Assembly (NCBI GenBank): GCA_047967505.1
Contig: CM106538.1
DNA: 64,000 nt
Strand: one strand, 5' to 3'
DNA from: Dipteris shenzhenensis
Lineage: Eukaryota
The translations under genes were made by a program, and so were the position numbers. Numbering within the stretch: position 1 is the first letter of the stretch; each line of letters opens with the position of its first letter. The notes below the pieces were generated by a model. That model was given only the letters and a program-made list of their open reading frames with translations, did not search any database and was not told where the DNA came from. Below are positions 26,194-39,095 of this stretch, piece after piece.

Positions 26194-26688
26194 GTAAGAA
26201 GTTTAACTAGTAGATCGCATAAAAAGGAGAGACGTTTCTGTGGGGCTGCTCTAGAAGATTCAGTGCAGAAGCACTGGTCTCCAAGAGAATAAATGTTTTA
26301 GGAGAATGGATGCAAGCATCAGAGAAAGAGAGGTTGACTTCTCCTGTGCCACTTAACTCCATCTTGCAGATTGTACTGAGAGAGATGCCAGAGATGACCT
26401 CACATGCTGAATTAAAAGGGAAAATAAAATAATCCTCAGCTTCCCTAGGGCCTGTAAAATGCATGAAAGGGGATTTGCCCCTACCACCATTTGTAGTAGA
26501 TCTACAAGAAAAAGCTGTCGCCATGCTCAATTTCAACATGACAGGAATTTGGCCCTGCCACCCCTGACTAAGCATTTGTAGTTGATATGTAAGGAAAAGC
26601 TATCACCAGGTTCAGCTTCATACATTTCTAGTGTGGCTAAATAAGGAGTGATTACTTCTCAATATTATAGGTTCTTGTGGCTTTGCAT

Positions 26689-26802
26689 GAGTAAGAGTGC
26701 TTTATCTCTCTTTAAGGCTCTTTCAGCTTTGTACATGTAAGGAGTAAGAGTGCTTTATCTCTCCTTAATGCTCTTTCATCTTTGTACATGTAAGAGTGCT
26801 TT
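26689..26802. repeat. Short tandem repeat, 53-bp period (2+ copies)
   Basis: GAGTAAGAGTGCTTTATCTCTC..CTTTGTACATGTAAG repeated. Confidence 0.8.
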
Positions 26803-27149
26803 TAGCTCCATTCTATTAATAATATTATGCCTTTGAAAGAGCTATAAATCAAGAAAAGTAATGAAATAGTTGCTGCATCTTTAGGATCTGGGCATTGGTT
26901 TGTTAAGAATCATCTAGCGAAAATTTAAAAATCAAATTGGAGAGCTTCAATGACCAGTTTTATTCTAATCTTAGGTTTGTACCAGGATTAGGTCAGTGTA
27001 CTATGATGCAACATGTTGTCTCTTGTTGGTGATTATTTTGTTGCAATAAATGGCTTAACATCTCTCTCTCTCTCTTTCTCTTTGATGCAACATGTTTTTA
27101 TTGTGCCCTTGTCTCTTGTTGGTGTTCTTTTGTTGCAATAAATGGCTTA

Positions 27150-28330
27150 ACATAGATGGCTAGCCCTGACTTCATCTATGGCATTGGAGGTAGAGGGGGA
27201 TCTGAGGAGGTGGTATGCTTGGACACGCAGTTAAATGGTTTGCATGCTTGGGACCACAAGTGGATAGACTGTCATAGTTTCAGTATAGCCTTGAGGCTCC
27301 ATCCATTCCGCTCCCTTGTTAGGAGGTGAGCTAGGTCATCAGAGAGGATCTCTTGTAGCTCCACGCACACTGCACCTTGTTAGCACCTACTGAGCTTTCG
27401 GTTAAACTCAGCTTCTACAGAGATCACTGCTTACGGATCTCAGAGGAGGGGTTTACCGAGCCACCGGGTTGCACCCAGATTCATCTCCCACATGCACTGA
27501 GGATCTCGATTGGTAAATTCTGAGTATCTTCACATAGGCTACGTGTTCAGATAGGACGGGCAAAGGGCATCCCATGTGAGAGATGGATCTGTACTTTATC
27601 TGATATGCAGGAGACCAAGACAGATATCACTTTGCATTTAGATGCCCTGTACTACGAGATACATGGACGACATCATTGTCTTTTTAGTAGCAGTTTTGGC
27701 TCACTCAGAGCACTCCTTGCACATCCTGATCAACAGCATGTGGCCACTTTCCTTCTTGAGGCCCAGAGACATAGAGAGGCAGCTCATATGAACATAGAGG
27801 AGAACACAAGAGGGACCGGCTGATCTAAGCCAGAGCGCGATCCCAGATTTTTTCTCCGGTGACCCGAGCCAAGGACAGTAGGGGACCAGAAAGAGCAAAG
27901 AGCCGGAGTGCATGACTCGACAGATCCGACCCTGGTGGACCATCACATGAGGACTGCAGACATACTCGAGTGATGATGGCACTTGTTAGACAATGGGCTG
28001 GCTTACAGGGAAGGGAGGAGGGATGGACTTGGACATGCCAAGCTTCAGCAGTGATACTTTCTTCCTTGACGTCAACCCTCACGAGGTCCTCTTCAGTTGT
28101 CCGATAGAGTCGGTTCCCAGTGACAACATACATAGGTCCAACCGCTCTGATAAACAACTGTCCAATTGGTAGGCGGCCAAGGGCTCCCTCTCGGTGTTTC
28201 CCTTTTGGATTTCTCTCGCAGTGAGAGCATGATGTATTACTTTTGTCTCATCACAGACATCAGCCTTGGGTATGGGTGCCCGTTCAGTGGCCCTACCCTT
28301 AGCTTTCATTGTATCTAGGTTTTTCCTTGT
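27150..28330 (-). mobile_element. Highly degenerate retroelement fragment (integrase-like, family uncertain)
   Basis: Broken minus-strand ORFs with YVVTGNRLYR..EAWHVQVH and CKEC, loosely like a gypsy integrase zinc-binding region. Confidence 0.3.
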
Positions 28331-28352
28331 CTTGTAGACCCTTTGGTCTAAT

Positions 28353-28354
<2 letters not shown>

Positions 28355-28389
<35 letters not shown>

Positions 28390-28415
28390 ATACATATGTA
28401 TATATGTATATGTAC

Positions 28416-28465
<50 letters not shown>
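28355..28465. repeat. Compound (CT)n/(TA)n/(TG)n microsatellite
   Basis: Direct reading. Confidence 0.95.
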
Positions 28466-28467
<2 letters not shown>

Positions 28468-29448
28468 ACATTTTGAGAAGACTCCTTATGATATAGAATA
28501 CTGAGATTTTCAACATCTGCTAGGGGTAGACTTTCTAATCAAGGCTGCCCATTGAAGTCTTTAACATGTTTTGAAGTAGCCTCTTGTTAGGGAGAGACAT
28601 ATGAGATGGGCTTATAGTCTTTCCATTCCAAGACTATGTACTCTTAACATCGTTTATAATATAACTTCAAAGGGTTTTAGATGAAACTCTCGGAAAAGAG
28701 TTCACCATTTCTCATTTAAGATCCTAATCTTTGGAAGTCATAGATTGAGGGAAGGAGGCCATCAGAAAACTGTGGATGCAAACACTCCTGACCCAAGAGA
28801 TGATAAGTAAGGGTCACGTAGACAGCCCCCAAGAGGAAACCATCTTTTCAGCAAAGGGCACCCTGGCCATGGCCCCCCTTGATGGCAGCCTTCCAGGTCA
28901 GCACCCCCCCCCCCCCGGGCCGCGCCTGGGGAGAGAAAAAAACTCTTCCTCCTTTGTTTACAACACCACCTAAAACCGCTTCTATGACCCTCCTACAGTC
29001 CCACGAGAGCCTAACTGCATGTATGGCCCCCCTTGCCAAACATACCCATGCAGCCTGACATAAAGAGGCCATTGCATGTGGAATCCCACCCCCTTGACAG
29101 GCTACCACATGTGCAAATCGATTCCCACCCATCCTTTTGCTTCCACCTTGCATGCTTGTCATTGCTTGCCCATGCCTCCTTTGCTGCCTATTGACTCTCC
29201 ATTGTACACCCCAATCATGCTAATTTCCAAGAATGCTCTTCGCCATTATATAGTAAAGACAAGTGGACTGTAATCACATCCTACAAGCTACCCTCAACAC
29301 GGCATTTATTCCCATGCCTGGTTGCTCCATTCTATTTGAAGTTCTTTAACCCATTAACTTTGCTGTCCAACATTTATCCAAAATTCACATATTAACAACC
29401 CTCAAATTAAGAGATGGATCCCGCACACGTTAATCTGGGAGTGTGGTC

Positions 29449-30269
29449 TGTTGGAAAGGTCACCTCCCCATCTGTAAGCCCCCAAATGAGGAGAGCGTGG
29501 GGGAGGGAGACCTAGGACAATGGGCAACGCCTCACAGCAAACCAGAGCTTCAGAGGGTGCATCAAAGGAGCTGATGCGCAGGAGAGATGGCAGGGCATCA
29601 AGCCTTTGGATCTGGCCTGGCACGAGGCGATGGAAGAGCAGCAAAGAAGTGAGGGAATAGGGCAGCCCTTTGGTGGGGCATAAATCATCCAGCAGGTCAG
29701 CCATCAGAGGAGCAGCAGGAGCAGCTGTACACACACGCTCAGGCCTACATCCAGGAGGGGGGTCTAAGAGTTGCTGCATAGTCCAGACTGAGCTCATCAA
29801 GGGCTGGACCTTGGCTGTCTTCTAGGGCAGCAAGGAGCTGAGATCTTTGGACGGAGAGTCTACATACGATTGAGGTGGAGCACGCAGGCACCAGTCAAGT
29901 CGACCTCGGAGGTGGGGGGTTGGTTTTAGTCATTAGGCCAAGTCAACGAGTGTTGTGGTAGAAGTTGCAAATGCTTATAGATATTGGGCAGATAGTAGAA
30001 GTACGTGGTGGTAAGATGAGGACCACGCTTTGGTGGAACTTTGGATCTATCTCTCTTTGTATTATGTCTATAATTTTGGATGGAAATATATATTCTTTTG
30101 GTAGCTTCTATATTTGGCTAGATCATTGTCTATTGATGAGTCTGCACATCTATTTGAAGCACATAAGTTTAAGAAGTTTGTGATTCCACTCACCACACAC
30201 ACTGTGTGAGCTCCTAGCTATTCTATCAGCCTTCCGCTATGTGTACCCTTTGTTGGTTGATTTCTACTA
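29449..30269 (+). mobile_element. Solo LTR, same family as 23323-24450, shorter and in opposite orientation
   Basis: Starts TGTTGGAAAGGTCACCTCCCCATCTGTAAGCCCCCA (reverse complement of 24415-24450); 3' part matches the reverse complement of 23323-23650; TSD TGGTC/TGGTT (4/5). Confidence 0.85.
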
Positions 30270-30486
30270 TGGTTAACAATCAAAACCCACACAGCCTCCA
30301 AAAAGACACAAGCTCCCACTTCTGGAAGATTCCAAGTATAGGTTGCTCGTTTTGCATTTAGTGAAGCTTTCAGACTTGGAACGTTTCCCCCCCCTTCTAT
30401 TAGGTATGAAAGTAACAACCGAAAGGCATAGATACATCATGAAGAGCATTAAAAATATGCCACTCAAAAAGTGTGAGAGTGCACGT

Positions 30487-30532
30487 GCACACACACACAC
30501 ACATATATGTATTTATATGGATATGTGTGTGC

Positions 30533-30566
<34 letters not shown>
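30487..30566. repeat. (CA)n/(TA)n/(GA)n microsatellite
   Basis: Direct reading. Confidence 0.9.
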
Positions 30567-30572
<6 letters not shown>

Positions 30573-30738
30573 AGTCTTCGGAAGATCGATGGGTCTATGA
30601 GACTATGAAATCCTAGTACAAACGAGCTGTGAGGGTGGAGCTACTAAATGAGCATCCACACCAATGCAGAATGCAAAAAATGCAAAATGATAGTACTAAG
30701 TACAACATAGTCATTCAGTGGTCGACTAGATATCAATC

Positions 30739-32100
30739 TCATCATCATCATCATCATCATCATGACGTCAGGGTGGATGAGGCAATGGAGGCATGAAATC
30801 GGCAATAGAGTGCTGTCGGCTGCTCATAGGTGTAACCCTATGACGTCTTGTGGTCATAGCTCTGCGCCTAACAAGGGCTACAGTAACCCTTGTCGGCCGG
30901 GCACCGACTCTGAACATAGACGAGATATCCCCAAGTGTAATTTGCGTGCCAACCTTCTGTTTGAGCTGTCGAGTCACTGGCTTTGGGTCACGATCATGTT
31001 GAGGTCTCGTATTGTGGGGGTCTGTGTGATCTGGCTGGAAGAACTCCGTGATAGGGCTCTGAGAGGGATCTGCCAAGGAAGAAGTTTGCTATTGTCTCCG
31101 CGATTGAAGTAGCCTCTGGCGGTGCTTGACTGCCTCATGAATGAAAGCCGCCAAGCATCTCTGGTCTAGATAAGAAAGGAATCGGGACAAAACCCCATAG
31201 CTATATCTGAAGAGGCAGTAGAAATGCCCTCGGATCTCATAGTAAACAGGACACTTGAAGATGAAGTGCTCCTCCGTCTCAACCTCTTGTATGTCACATA
31301 ATGTGCATATATGCCTCTCCCTGGTAGGCCCTCTACTTTGCTGCTCTCGATATGAAGTCTATGTGAAGAGACCCAAAACTGCCCATTTGAGATCCTGAGT
31401 GAGTGGGGTAGGTGGATCTGCGTGTATCGTGGTGGGTCAATGAAACCCTTCTATGTGATATGCAAGCAGTGATTCTTGTAGAAGCTGAGCTTGATCGCTC
31501 GGTCCCAGCTAGGTCCAGAATGTGTGTAGCCGTAAGAGATCCTCATGGATGACGTAATTGACCTCGTGTGACAGGAGGGAAGAAAACGAAGCGTCCATAC
31601 TGTACTGGAAGGGAGGGAGTCTATCCATGTGGAGACCCATTCGCTCAAACCATCTCTCTATGCGTGCATACCAGCATCTCTGGTCACCCCCTGCTGATGG
31701 AGCGTTCTTACCCTTTCCAACCGTTAGCTCTAAAGGTGTTAGCTGGTCAGATCCAGGTCGACGAAGCTTGGGAACCGGATCTTCAGTACTCGGACGATGA
31801 AGAACAGAGACTTTTCTCGGTGATTGAAAGAGGCTTTTCCACAGTCAGATGAACTAAAAAACATTTTTTTGGTTGTGGCCTTGTACACCCCCGAAGAAAG
31901 CACAATGCTAGCTATGGTAGTCTGCTACGTCCAGAAGTGTAATCCTCGTACTCCTGGACTCGATATAGATACGTGATGACCTTAAATGCCACATCTACGT
32001 GTAATGGGGATGACCCAAACTCAGCCTGAATGATCTGGTGAGGAACGCATGGACTACCGCGAATCATCCGCGATAGGATGAGATTTTGTAGCCGCTCCAT
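30739..32100 (-). mobile_element. 5'-truncated RTE/RTE-X-like LINE with (GAT)n tail
   Basis: ERLQNLILSRMIRGSPCVPHQIIQAEFGSSPL; VSSHRLHIE...ICTLCDIQEVETEEHFIFKCPVYYEIRG (C-terminal CCHC); (ATC)n at 30739-30763 is a microsatellite tail on the minus strand. Confidence 0.75.
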
Positions 32101-33566
32101 GATCAACTTATGGAGGGCAATTGGCATGATTATTATACACTCAAGGAGGGATTTATGATGATGCATGGAAAGCTGTGTGTAATGCAGCCATTGAGGCATA
32201 AGGTGCTCACTGAAAGTCATGCTCCACCGTATGTAGGGCATAGGGGTATTGAGGCTACAATCAAAGCAGTGGAGCACTACTTTTATTGGCCTTCTCTACG
32301 GAAGGATGTTGAAGCTTATGTCAGGACATGCATCACTTGTCAAAAGGTGAAGTATGACAGGCAGAAACAGCCCGGTTTACTTCAGCCTTTGCCTATACCA
32401 GATAGACCCATCGCTATGGATTTTGTTTTTGATCTCCCTCGCACTCCTTCTGGTCATGATGGCATACGGACTATAACTTGCAGATTTAGCAAGATGGCTG
32501 ACTTCATTCTAGTAAGGAAGAAGATTACAGCCGAGCAAATGGCAAATGAATTCTTGAAGTTTGTTTTCAAGTATCATGGGATGCTTGAGTCTATCGTGAG
32601 CGATAGAGATCCACGGATGACCAGCATGTTCTGGAGAGGTTTGTTTGATAACATGGGTACCTCATTGCTGTTTTCATCTTCTTATCACCCTTGTCTAATG
32701 GCCAATTAGAAGAGGCAAATTCTACAGCTTTGGATTTGCTGCGTTGTTATGTGTCTGAGCACACAGCAAAGTGGGAACAATAGTTGCCGCCATTGATTGA
32801 GTATGCATACAACAATGCATTGCACTCTTCCACGGGTAAGGCACCCTTTGAAATAGTGGAAGGAGCGAGAAAGGTTTCTCCTATTTTGCATACAAAAGAG
32901 AAGATATTTGTGGCAGATGAGTATGTGGAAGACTTGCGGACAGCGTATGAAAAGGTTAAGTATGCCCTCCAACGCAGTCAGGATAAGTAGAAAAGAGCTG
33001 CAGATAAGCATCGCAGGAACTTGGTCTTCACAGAAGGTGATTGGGTGTTGCTGCGTTTTCTTAAGGCATGCCTTAGGAGCAAGAAAGGGAAGGTAAAGTT
33101 GTACACCAAGCTGAATATGAGGTACTACAGCCCCTTTCAAGTTCTTGAGAAGATCAATGAGGTAGCTTATAGGCTGAAGTTACCTGAGTAGTGGACCATC
33201 CACAATGCTTTCCATGTTAGCTTGTTGAAGCCTTTTCATGGAGAAGTGTGCCACAGGATATGCTAGTTGAAGGGCAACCTGGAGTTGATGAGCAAGATGA
33301 GGTCTTGATTCTTGAGTAGATTGTGGCACATAAGAATCGGAAGGTTAATGGGAGAGTTGCCAGACGTTATGGAGTGGAGTGCAAGAATTATCCTGCAAAC
33401 AATGCGATTTGGATGGAAGAGAATGAATTGGTAGATTCACCATAGGTTTTACAGCTCTACCTTGAGGCATTTGGTCTCTAGCCTACTGCAGTAGCGGCTC
33501 ATTCCGGCTCAGCAGAGCAGAGGTCTGGAGCATTACTGGATGCTCATGGGGGGAGTTGCATCTGTG

Positions 33567-36500
33567 TGTTGAGATATCGAGCTCCACTCATGATATGCCA
33601 GGGTGACCATTGTGCATTTATGTCACCGACTTGTTAGCTGCAGATGCGGTTGGTACACCGTCCATGAATAATAGCTGGATGACAGCTATCCTTATATACT
33701 CTAGTTCGTGGCTCAGTTAGTATGCCACCTTAGTTAGCTGAGTTTGGTTTGAGACCCACATATAGGGTTCTTTTATTTCTTTGTACTAGAGTTCTTTTGG
33801 CGTTCACAACTATGAAGAGGAAAACTGTTTTCAGCCTCCACCTTTGTGTGTATTTCCCCATTGTGTATGTGAGAAAGCCGCAAGTGAGACTCCTTCCTTC
33901 TCTCCCACTATCTTCACATGGTATCAGAGTCTGGTTTGTGGTAAGGAGCTTAAGAAAGCAAACCAAGTTCGCGGTGTCCTGATAAGAGGACAATTGTTGC
34001 TTTCCTTTTTCGAGCTTGGAAGCAAATCTCTGCAGGTAGCACAGCCGAAAAGTACAAGAGTGCATTGTCTCAGATTGAGACGTCCTTCGTAGTGTGGCGA
34101 GAGGGCAGTATATGCTGCGGGCATGGGTGAAGCCCTCGGTGACTTTATTTTTCTGATTCAAGGCCATTTCGGGGCCCGTTTTGGAGGCGGAAGTTCTCTG
34201 CAACCATTGAGGAAAAGGCCCTGTCTTTGCTGTGCGACCACTGCTTTATAGGTCGGTGAAAAGTTGTCGCAAAAATTGCATCGTATGTCTGTGCGCAAAG
34301 ATATTGGAAGTTACAGAATCATCCTTATTGCCTGTTGATGCAAAATCGTCACTAGGAAGTGACTGTGTGGTCAAATACCTCTTTTGTCGGTTTTGCAAAT
34401 TTGCCCTTGTGAGGCAGAAGTTGTGTTTTTTGCAGTGACAGAATATTTTATAATGGCGTCTGATTCTCTTTCACAGATTGTCACTGAAAAGCTTGACAAG
34501 AACAACTTCCAAGCATGGAAGTTTAGAATGACGAATTTCCTTATGGGAAAAGGCTATTGGGAGTTCAGTACAGGAAATGAAAAAGAACTAGTTCTTCCTA
34601 ATGTTCCCAATCAACAAGAAATGCAAGCATTTAAAGGATGGCATGAGAGAGTAAAAAAAGTTATGTATTGGCTGTCTATCAGTATTTCAGATTCTATGAT
34701 TGTGCATATTCATGATGCAAGTACGTCAAAGGAGGCATAGGATACTTTGGCAAAAATGTACAGCACAAATACGCAAGCCAGGAAAATGTGGCTCAAGTAG
34801 AAGTTGCACAATGTGCAGAGAGAAAATTTGAGCATCAATGACTACCACATGGAGATGAAGAAAATTGGAGATGCACTTGCTTCCATTGGGTCGGCAGTGG
34901 AAGATGATGATTTAGTTTCTGTGACCTTGAATGGTCTAAGAAAGGATTATGCACAGTTCCGGACATCCATTGCCGTCCATGAAAAATTTCCTGATTTTGA
35001 GGAGTTGTTTGCTCTTCTAATTTTTGAAGAGCAGAGAAATGGTAGTGCATCTTTTTCAGGAGGAACTTCGAAAGAAATTGTCTTCTACTTAAATGCTGGA
35101 AGAGGTAGCGGCAGAGGTAGAGCAGGCCGATCTGGAGGCCGTGGTAGAAATCAGAATATGCAGCAAACTCAAGAAAACCAGTCCTATGGAGGAGGACGTG
35201 GTAACTCTAGAGGCAGGGGGAGCTAAAGAGGTCGTGGTGGATGGCAGAGTAGCCAAAATGCAAACATCAATGTTAAATGGTAGAGAGGCCAAAATGCAAA
35301 CATCAATGTTGAATGCTACTACTGTGGTAAAATGGGTCATATGGCTAAAGACTGCTATAAAAAGAAGAATGACATCATGAATGAAAAATTGCAGCAAGGA
35401 AATTATGCATCTTTTAGTAGACAGGGTGATGACAGAAATGAGCATCTGTTTATGGTGCAGCACTTGACCAATTCTATGACAAGTGCAGAAGAAAGCAATG
35501 ATGTGTGGTATGTTGACTCAGGTGCGTCAAACCACATGACAGGTCATGCAGAATGGATGCAGGATGCAAGGAAAATTGAAAACCCAGGATTTGTGGAGAC
35601 TGGTGATGATAGTGCACATCCTATTGTGCAGATTGGTAAAATTTCTTTGTCTATGCAGGATGGGAAAAAGAAATACCTGTCTGATGTATTTCATGTCTCG
35701 AATATCACCAAGAACCTGGTTTCGGTTGGTCAAATGGTTGAGCAGGGCTTGTAGGTTAGATTTAATCCTTATGGATGCTTTGTTGAGGATATGAAAAATG
35801 GTCGCTTAATAGCAAAAGGAAAGAAGAAGGGAAGGATGTTTACGTTGGATGCGGACATGCCTGAATTGAGTGCAACAATGTTTGCACATGGGACCGGTGT
35901 AGTTGCAGATATTGATATCTGGCATAAACGCATTGGTCATGTTAATGTACAACGACTTAAATCAATGCAGGCCCAAAATATTGTTGCATGATTGCCTAAA
36001 TTCAAGGTTGCAGAAATGCATAAGGTATGTGAAGCCTGTCAATTTGGAAAACAGGCAAGGAAACCATTTCCTAGACATGTTCAAGAGAGTAAGAAGCCAT
36101 TGGAATTAATCCACTCTAATGTGTGAACTACTAAAGCTGCATCTATTGGAGGCTGTCATTATTTTGTTACTTTTATTGATGACTACAGCAGAAAAGTTTG
36201 GGTGCACTTTATGAAAAAGAAAAGTGAAGTGTTTGGGTATTTCAAAGCTTTTAAAGCTATGGTTGAAAAAGAAACATGCCTGCAAATAAAATGTCTAAGG
36301 TCAGATGGAGGGGGAGAGTACCTCTCAAATGAGTTTGCAAGGTTTCTGCAGGAGCATGGCATAAAGTAGCAATATTCATGTTGTCATACCCCACAGCAAA
36401 ATGGACTTGTAGAAAGGAAAAATAGGCCTATCAGATTATTATTGGGCTGAAGCAGATACTACAGTAGTTTACATAATGAACAGGACTCCCATTGTAGCAA

Positions 36501-39095
36501 TACATGACATAACGCCAGAGGAGATGTATACTGGTAGGAAACCAAATATTTCTCATTTGAAAATTTTTAGTTGCATTGCTTATGTTCATGTGCCAGATGA
36601 GTTGAGGTCCAAGTTGGATCCAAAAGGTGAGAAGTGCATCTTTATTGATTATTCTCTGCAGCAGAAAGGGTATAGATGCTATAATTCTTCTACTCGTAAG
36701 TTTACAGTGAGCAGAGATGTTTTTGATGAGATGAGCAGCTGGTATAAACCAGTAAATGTGATTGATGATGTAGATGCACAAAATGGTAATGCTGCACAGA
36801 ATTCACAGCAGCAATCACAAGATATTAGTGGACCTGTAGTGTCCTCTAGCAGTGGTTCACATACTTCGCCATGGACAAACAGATTGAGATCAGGAGAATC
36901 TCCTCAAAGCAATGCAGATAGTGGTATGCACGTATCATGAAAAGGAAAAGAAAAGGTATATCAGCCCATGTTTGATGTGAATGCAGGTTACTCTTATGTG
37001 GATGGTGAATCCGGTGGCTCAGAACAGAGCATTGATGATGAGTTGGGTATTCCTTCTGTTGTTACACCTGGAGTAAGGAAGACCAGGGATGTTTTGAGAG
37101 CACTTGGAAGTGAGTCTATTTTGCGTAGGTCTACCAGAGCTAGGTATCCTGTGAATAGGCTGAAATATGATGGATTTACAACCATTCACTATGCCTATAT
37201 GTTCAAAGTGATACAGGAACCAGAACCCACTTCTTTTGAGTAAGCCATGGGAAAAGAAAAATGGGAGAAAGCCATGGATGAAGAAATGGATGCCTTGGAA
37301 GCAAATGTTACATGAGAATTGGTGCCTTTGCCTAAAGACAAGAATGCAATTAGCTGTAAGTGGATTTATACGGTGAAGCACAATGCAAATGGTTCTGTGA
37401 ACAAATACAAGGTAAGATTAGTTGTCAAGGGGTATGCACAGACATATGGCATTGATTATGAAGAAGCATTCAGTCCGGTTGCAAGGATGGCAATCGTAAG
37501 AGCAGTCATTGCTATGGCTGCATCAAAGGGATGGTCTTTACATTAGATGGATGTAAAGAATGCTTTCTTGCATGGTGATTTGCAAGAAGAGGTCTTTATG
37601 GAGCAGCCACCAAGTTATGTTCATGCTGTTCATCCTAAGTTTGTTTGTAGGTTGAAGAAGGCCTTGTATGGCTTGAAGCAAGCATCTAGAGCATGGTCTG
37701 ACAAGATAGGACAGTATCTTGTCACTATTGGCTTTCAGATTTCCAAGGCAGATTTCTCACTTTATGTGAGAAAAACAGAGAAAGATATTATGGTGCTTGT
37801 GATTTATGTTGATGATTTGATCATCACAGGTGATAGTAATGAAGATATCTTTTATGTGAAAATGCTATTGAAGCAGAAGTTTGAGATGAAGGATTTGGGA
37901 GAGCTGCGTTATTTCTTGGGCATTGAGGCTCTTGCAGAGGCAGTATGGATTGGACATGCTGTCCAAATATGGGATGACAGGCTGTAAGCCTATTTCAGTT
38001 CCTTTGGAGCAGAATGTGAAGCTGAGCGCAGATGCAGGTGAGCTTCTGGAAGACCCTACTATGTAGAGACGGATAGTAGGAAGTTTGATTTATATGACTA
38101 TTACTAGGCCAGATTTGAGCTATGCTGTTGGATTGGTAAGTCAGCTTATGCAGGCTCCAAGGAAACCGCATTTGGATGCGGCTAGACACATACTCAGGTA
38201 TGTGAAGTCCACATTGCAGTATGGACTATTTTATGAGGTTGGGATTCAGATACAGTTGCATGCATACACTGATGTTGATTGGGTTGGTAGTATTTCTGAT
38301 AGACGATCTACCAGTGGATATGTGTTCTCTTTTGGGAGTGCTGCAGTCACTTGGAGCAGCAAGAAACAGCCTACAGTTGCCTTGTTGAGCACAGAGGCTG
38401 AGTACAGGGGTGCAGCAATGGCTGCATGTAAGGTAGCTTGGTTGCATAAGCTACTCTATGATATGCATCAGACAACAGATGGTTGGGCCAGTTGTCATTT
38501 ATTGTGACAACATGAGCAGTATACACTTGGCAAATAACCCAGTCTATCATGCTAAAACAAAGCACATTGAGGTGTATTATCACTATGTGCGGGAGAAGGT
38601 TTTACTAGGTCTTATTGATCTAGTTTATGTCAGCACAGAGGATCAGGTAGGTGACATATTCACGAAGGCATTGGGCGCAGAGAAGCTGTGCAAGTTCAGA
38701 GACCTGCTTGGTGTGCAGAAATTGGGATTGAGCTCGAGGGGGAGTGTTGAGATATCGAGCTCCACTCGTGATATGCTAGGGTGATCGTTGTGCATTTATG
38801 TCACCGACTTGTTAGCTACAGATGTAGTTGGTACACCGCCTATGAATAATAGCTGGATGACAGCTATCCTTATGTACTCTAGTTCGTGGCTCAGTTAGTA
38901 TGCCACCTTAGTTAGCTGAGTTTGGTTTGAGACCCACATATAAGGTTCTTCTATTTCTTTGTACTAGAGTTCTTTTGGCTTTCACAACTAGAAGAGGAAA
39001 ACTGTTTTCAGCCTCCATCTTTGTGTGTATTTCCCCATTGTGTATGTGAGAAAGCCGCAAGTGAGACTCCTTCCTTCTCTTCCACTATCTTCACA
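33567..39095 (+). mobile_element. Full-length Ty1/copia LTR retrotransposon (copy B), same family as copy A, inverted
   Basis: LTRs 33567-33918 and 38745-39095; PBS TGGTATCAGAG at 33919; PPT GAGGGGGAG at 38736-38744; TSD CTGTG/CTCTG (4/5). Confidence 0.96.
34453..38784 (+). pseudogene. Copia gag-pol of copy B, disrupted
   Basis: [72 protein letters not shown]; multiple stops and short deletions near 36430 and 37927. Confidence 0.93.

Noticed and set aside
26207-26575. Coding-looking stretch after the micro-exon
   Set aside because: Stops on the plus strand and no convincing splice pair; may be an eroded LINE
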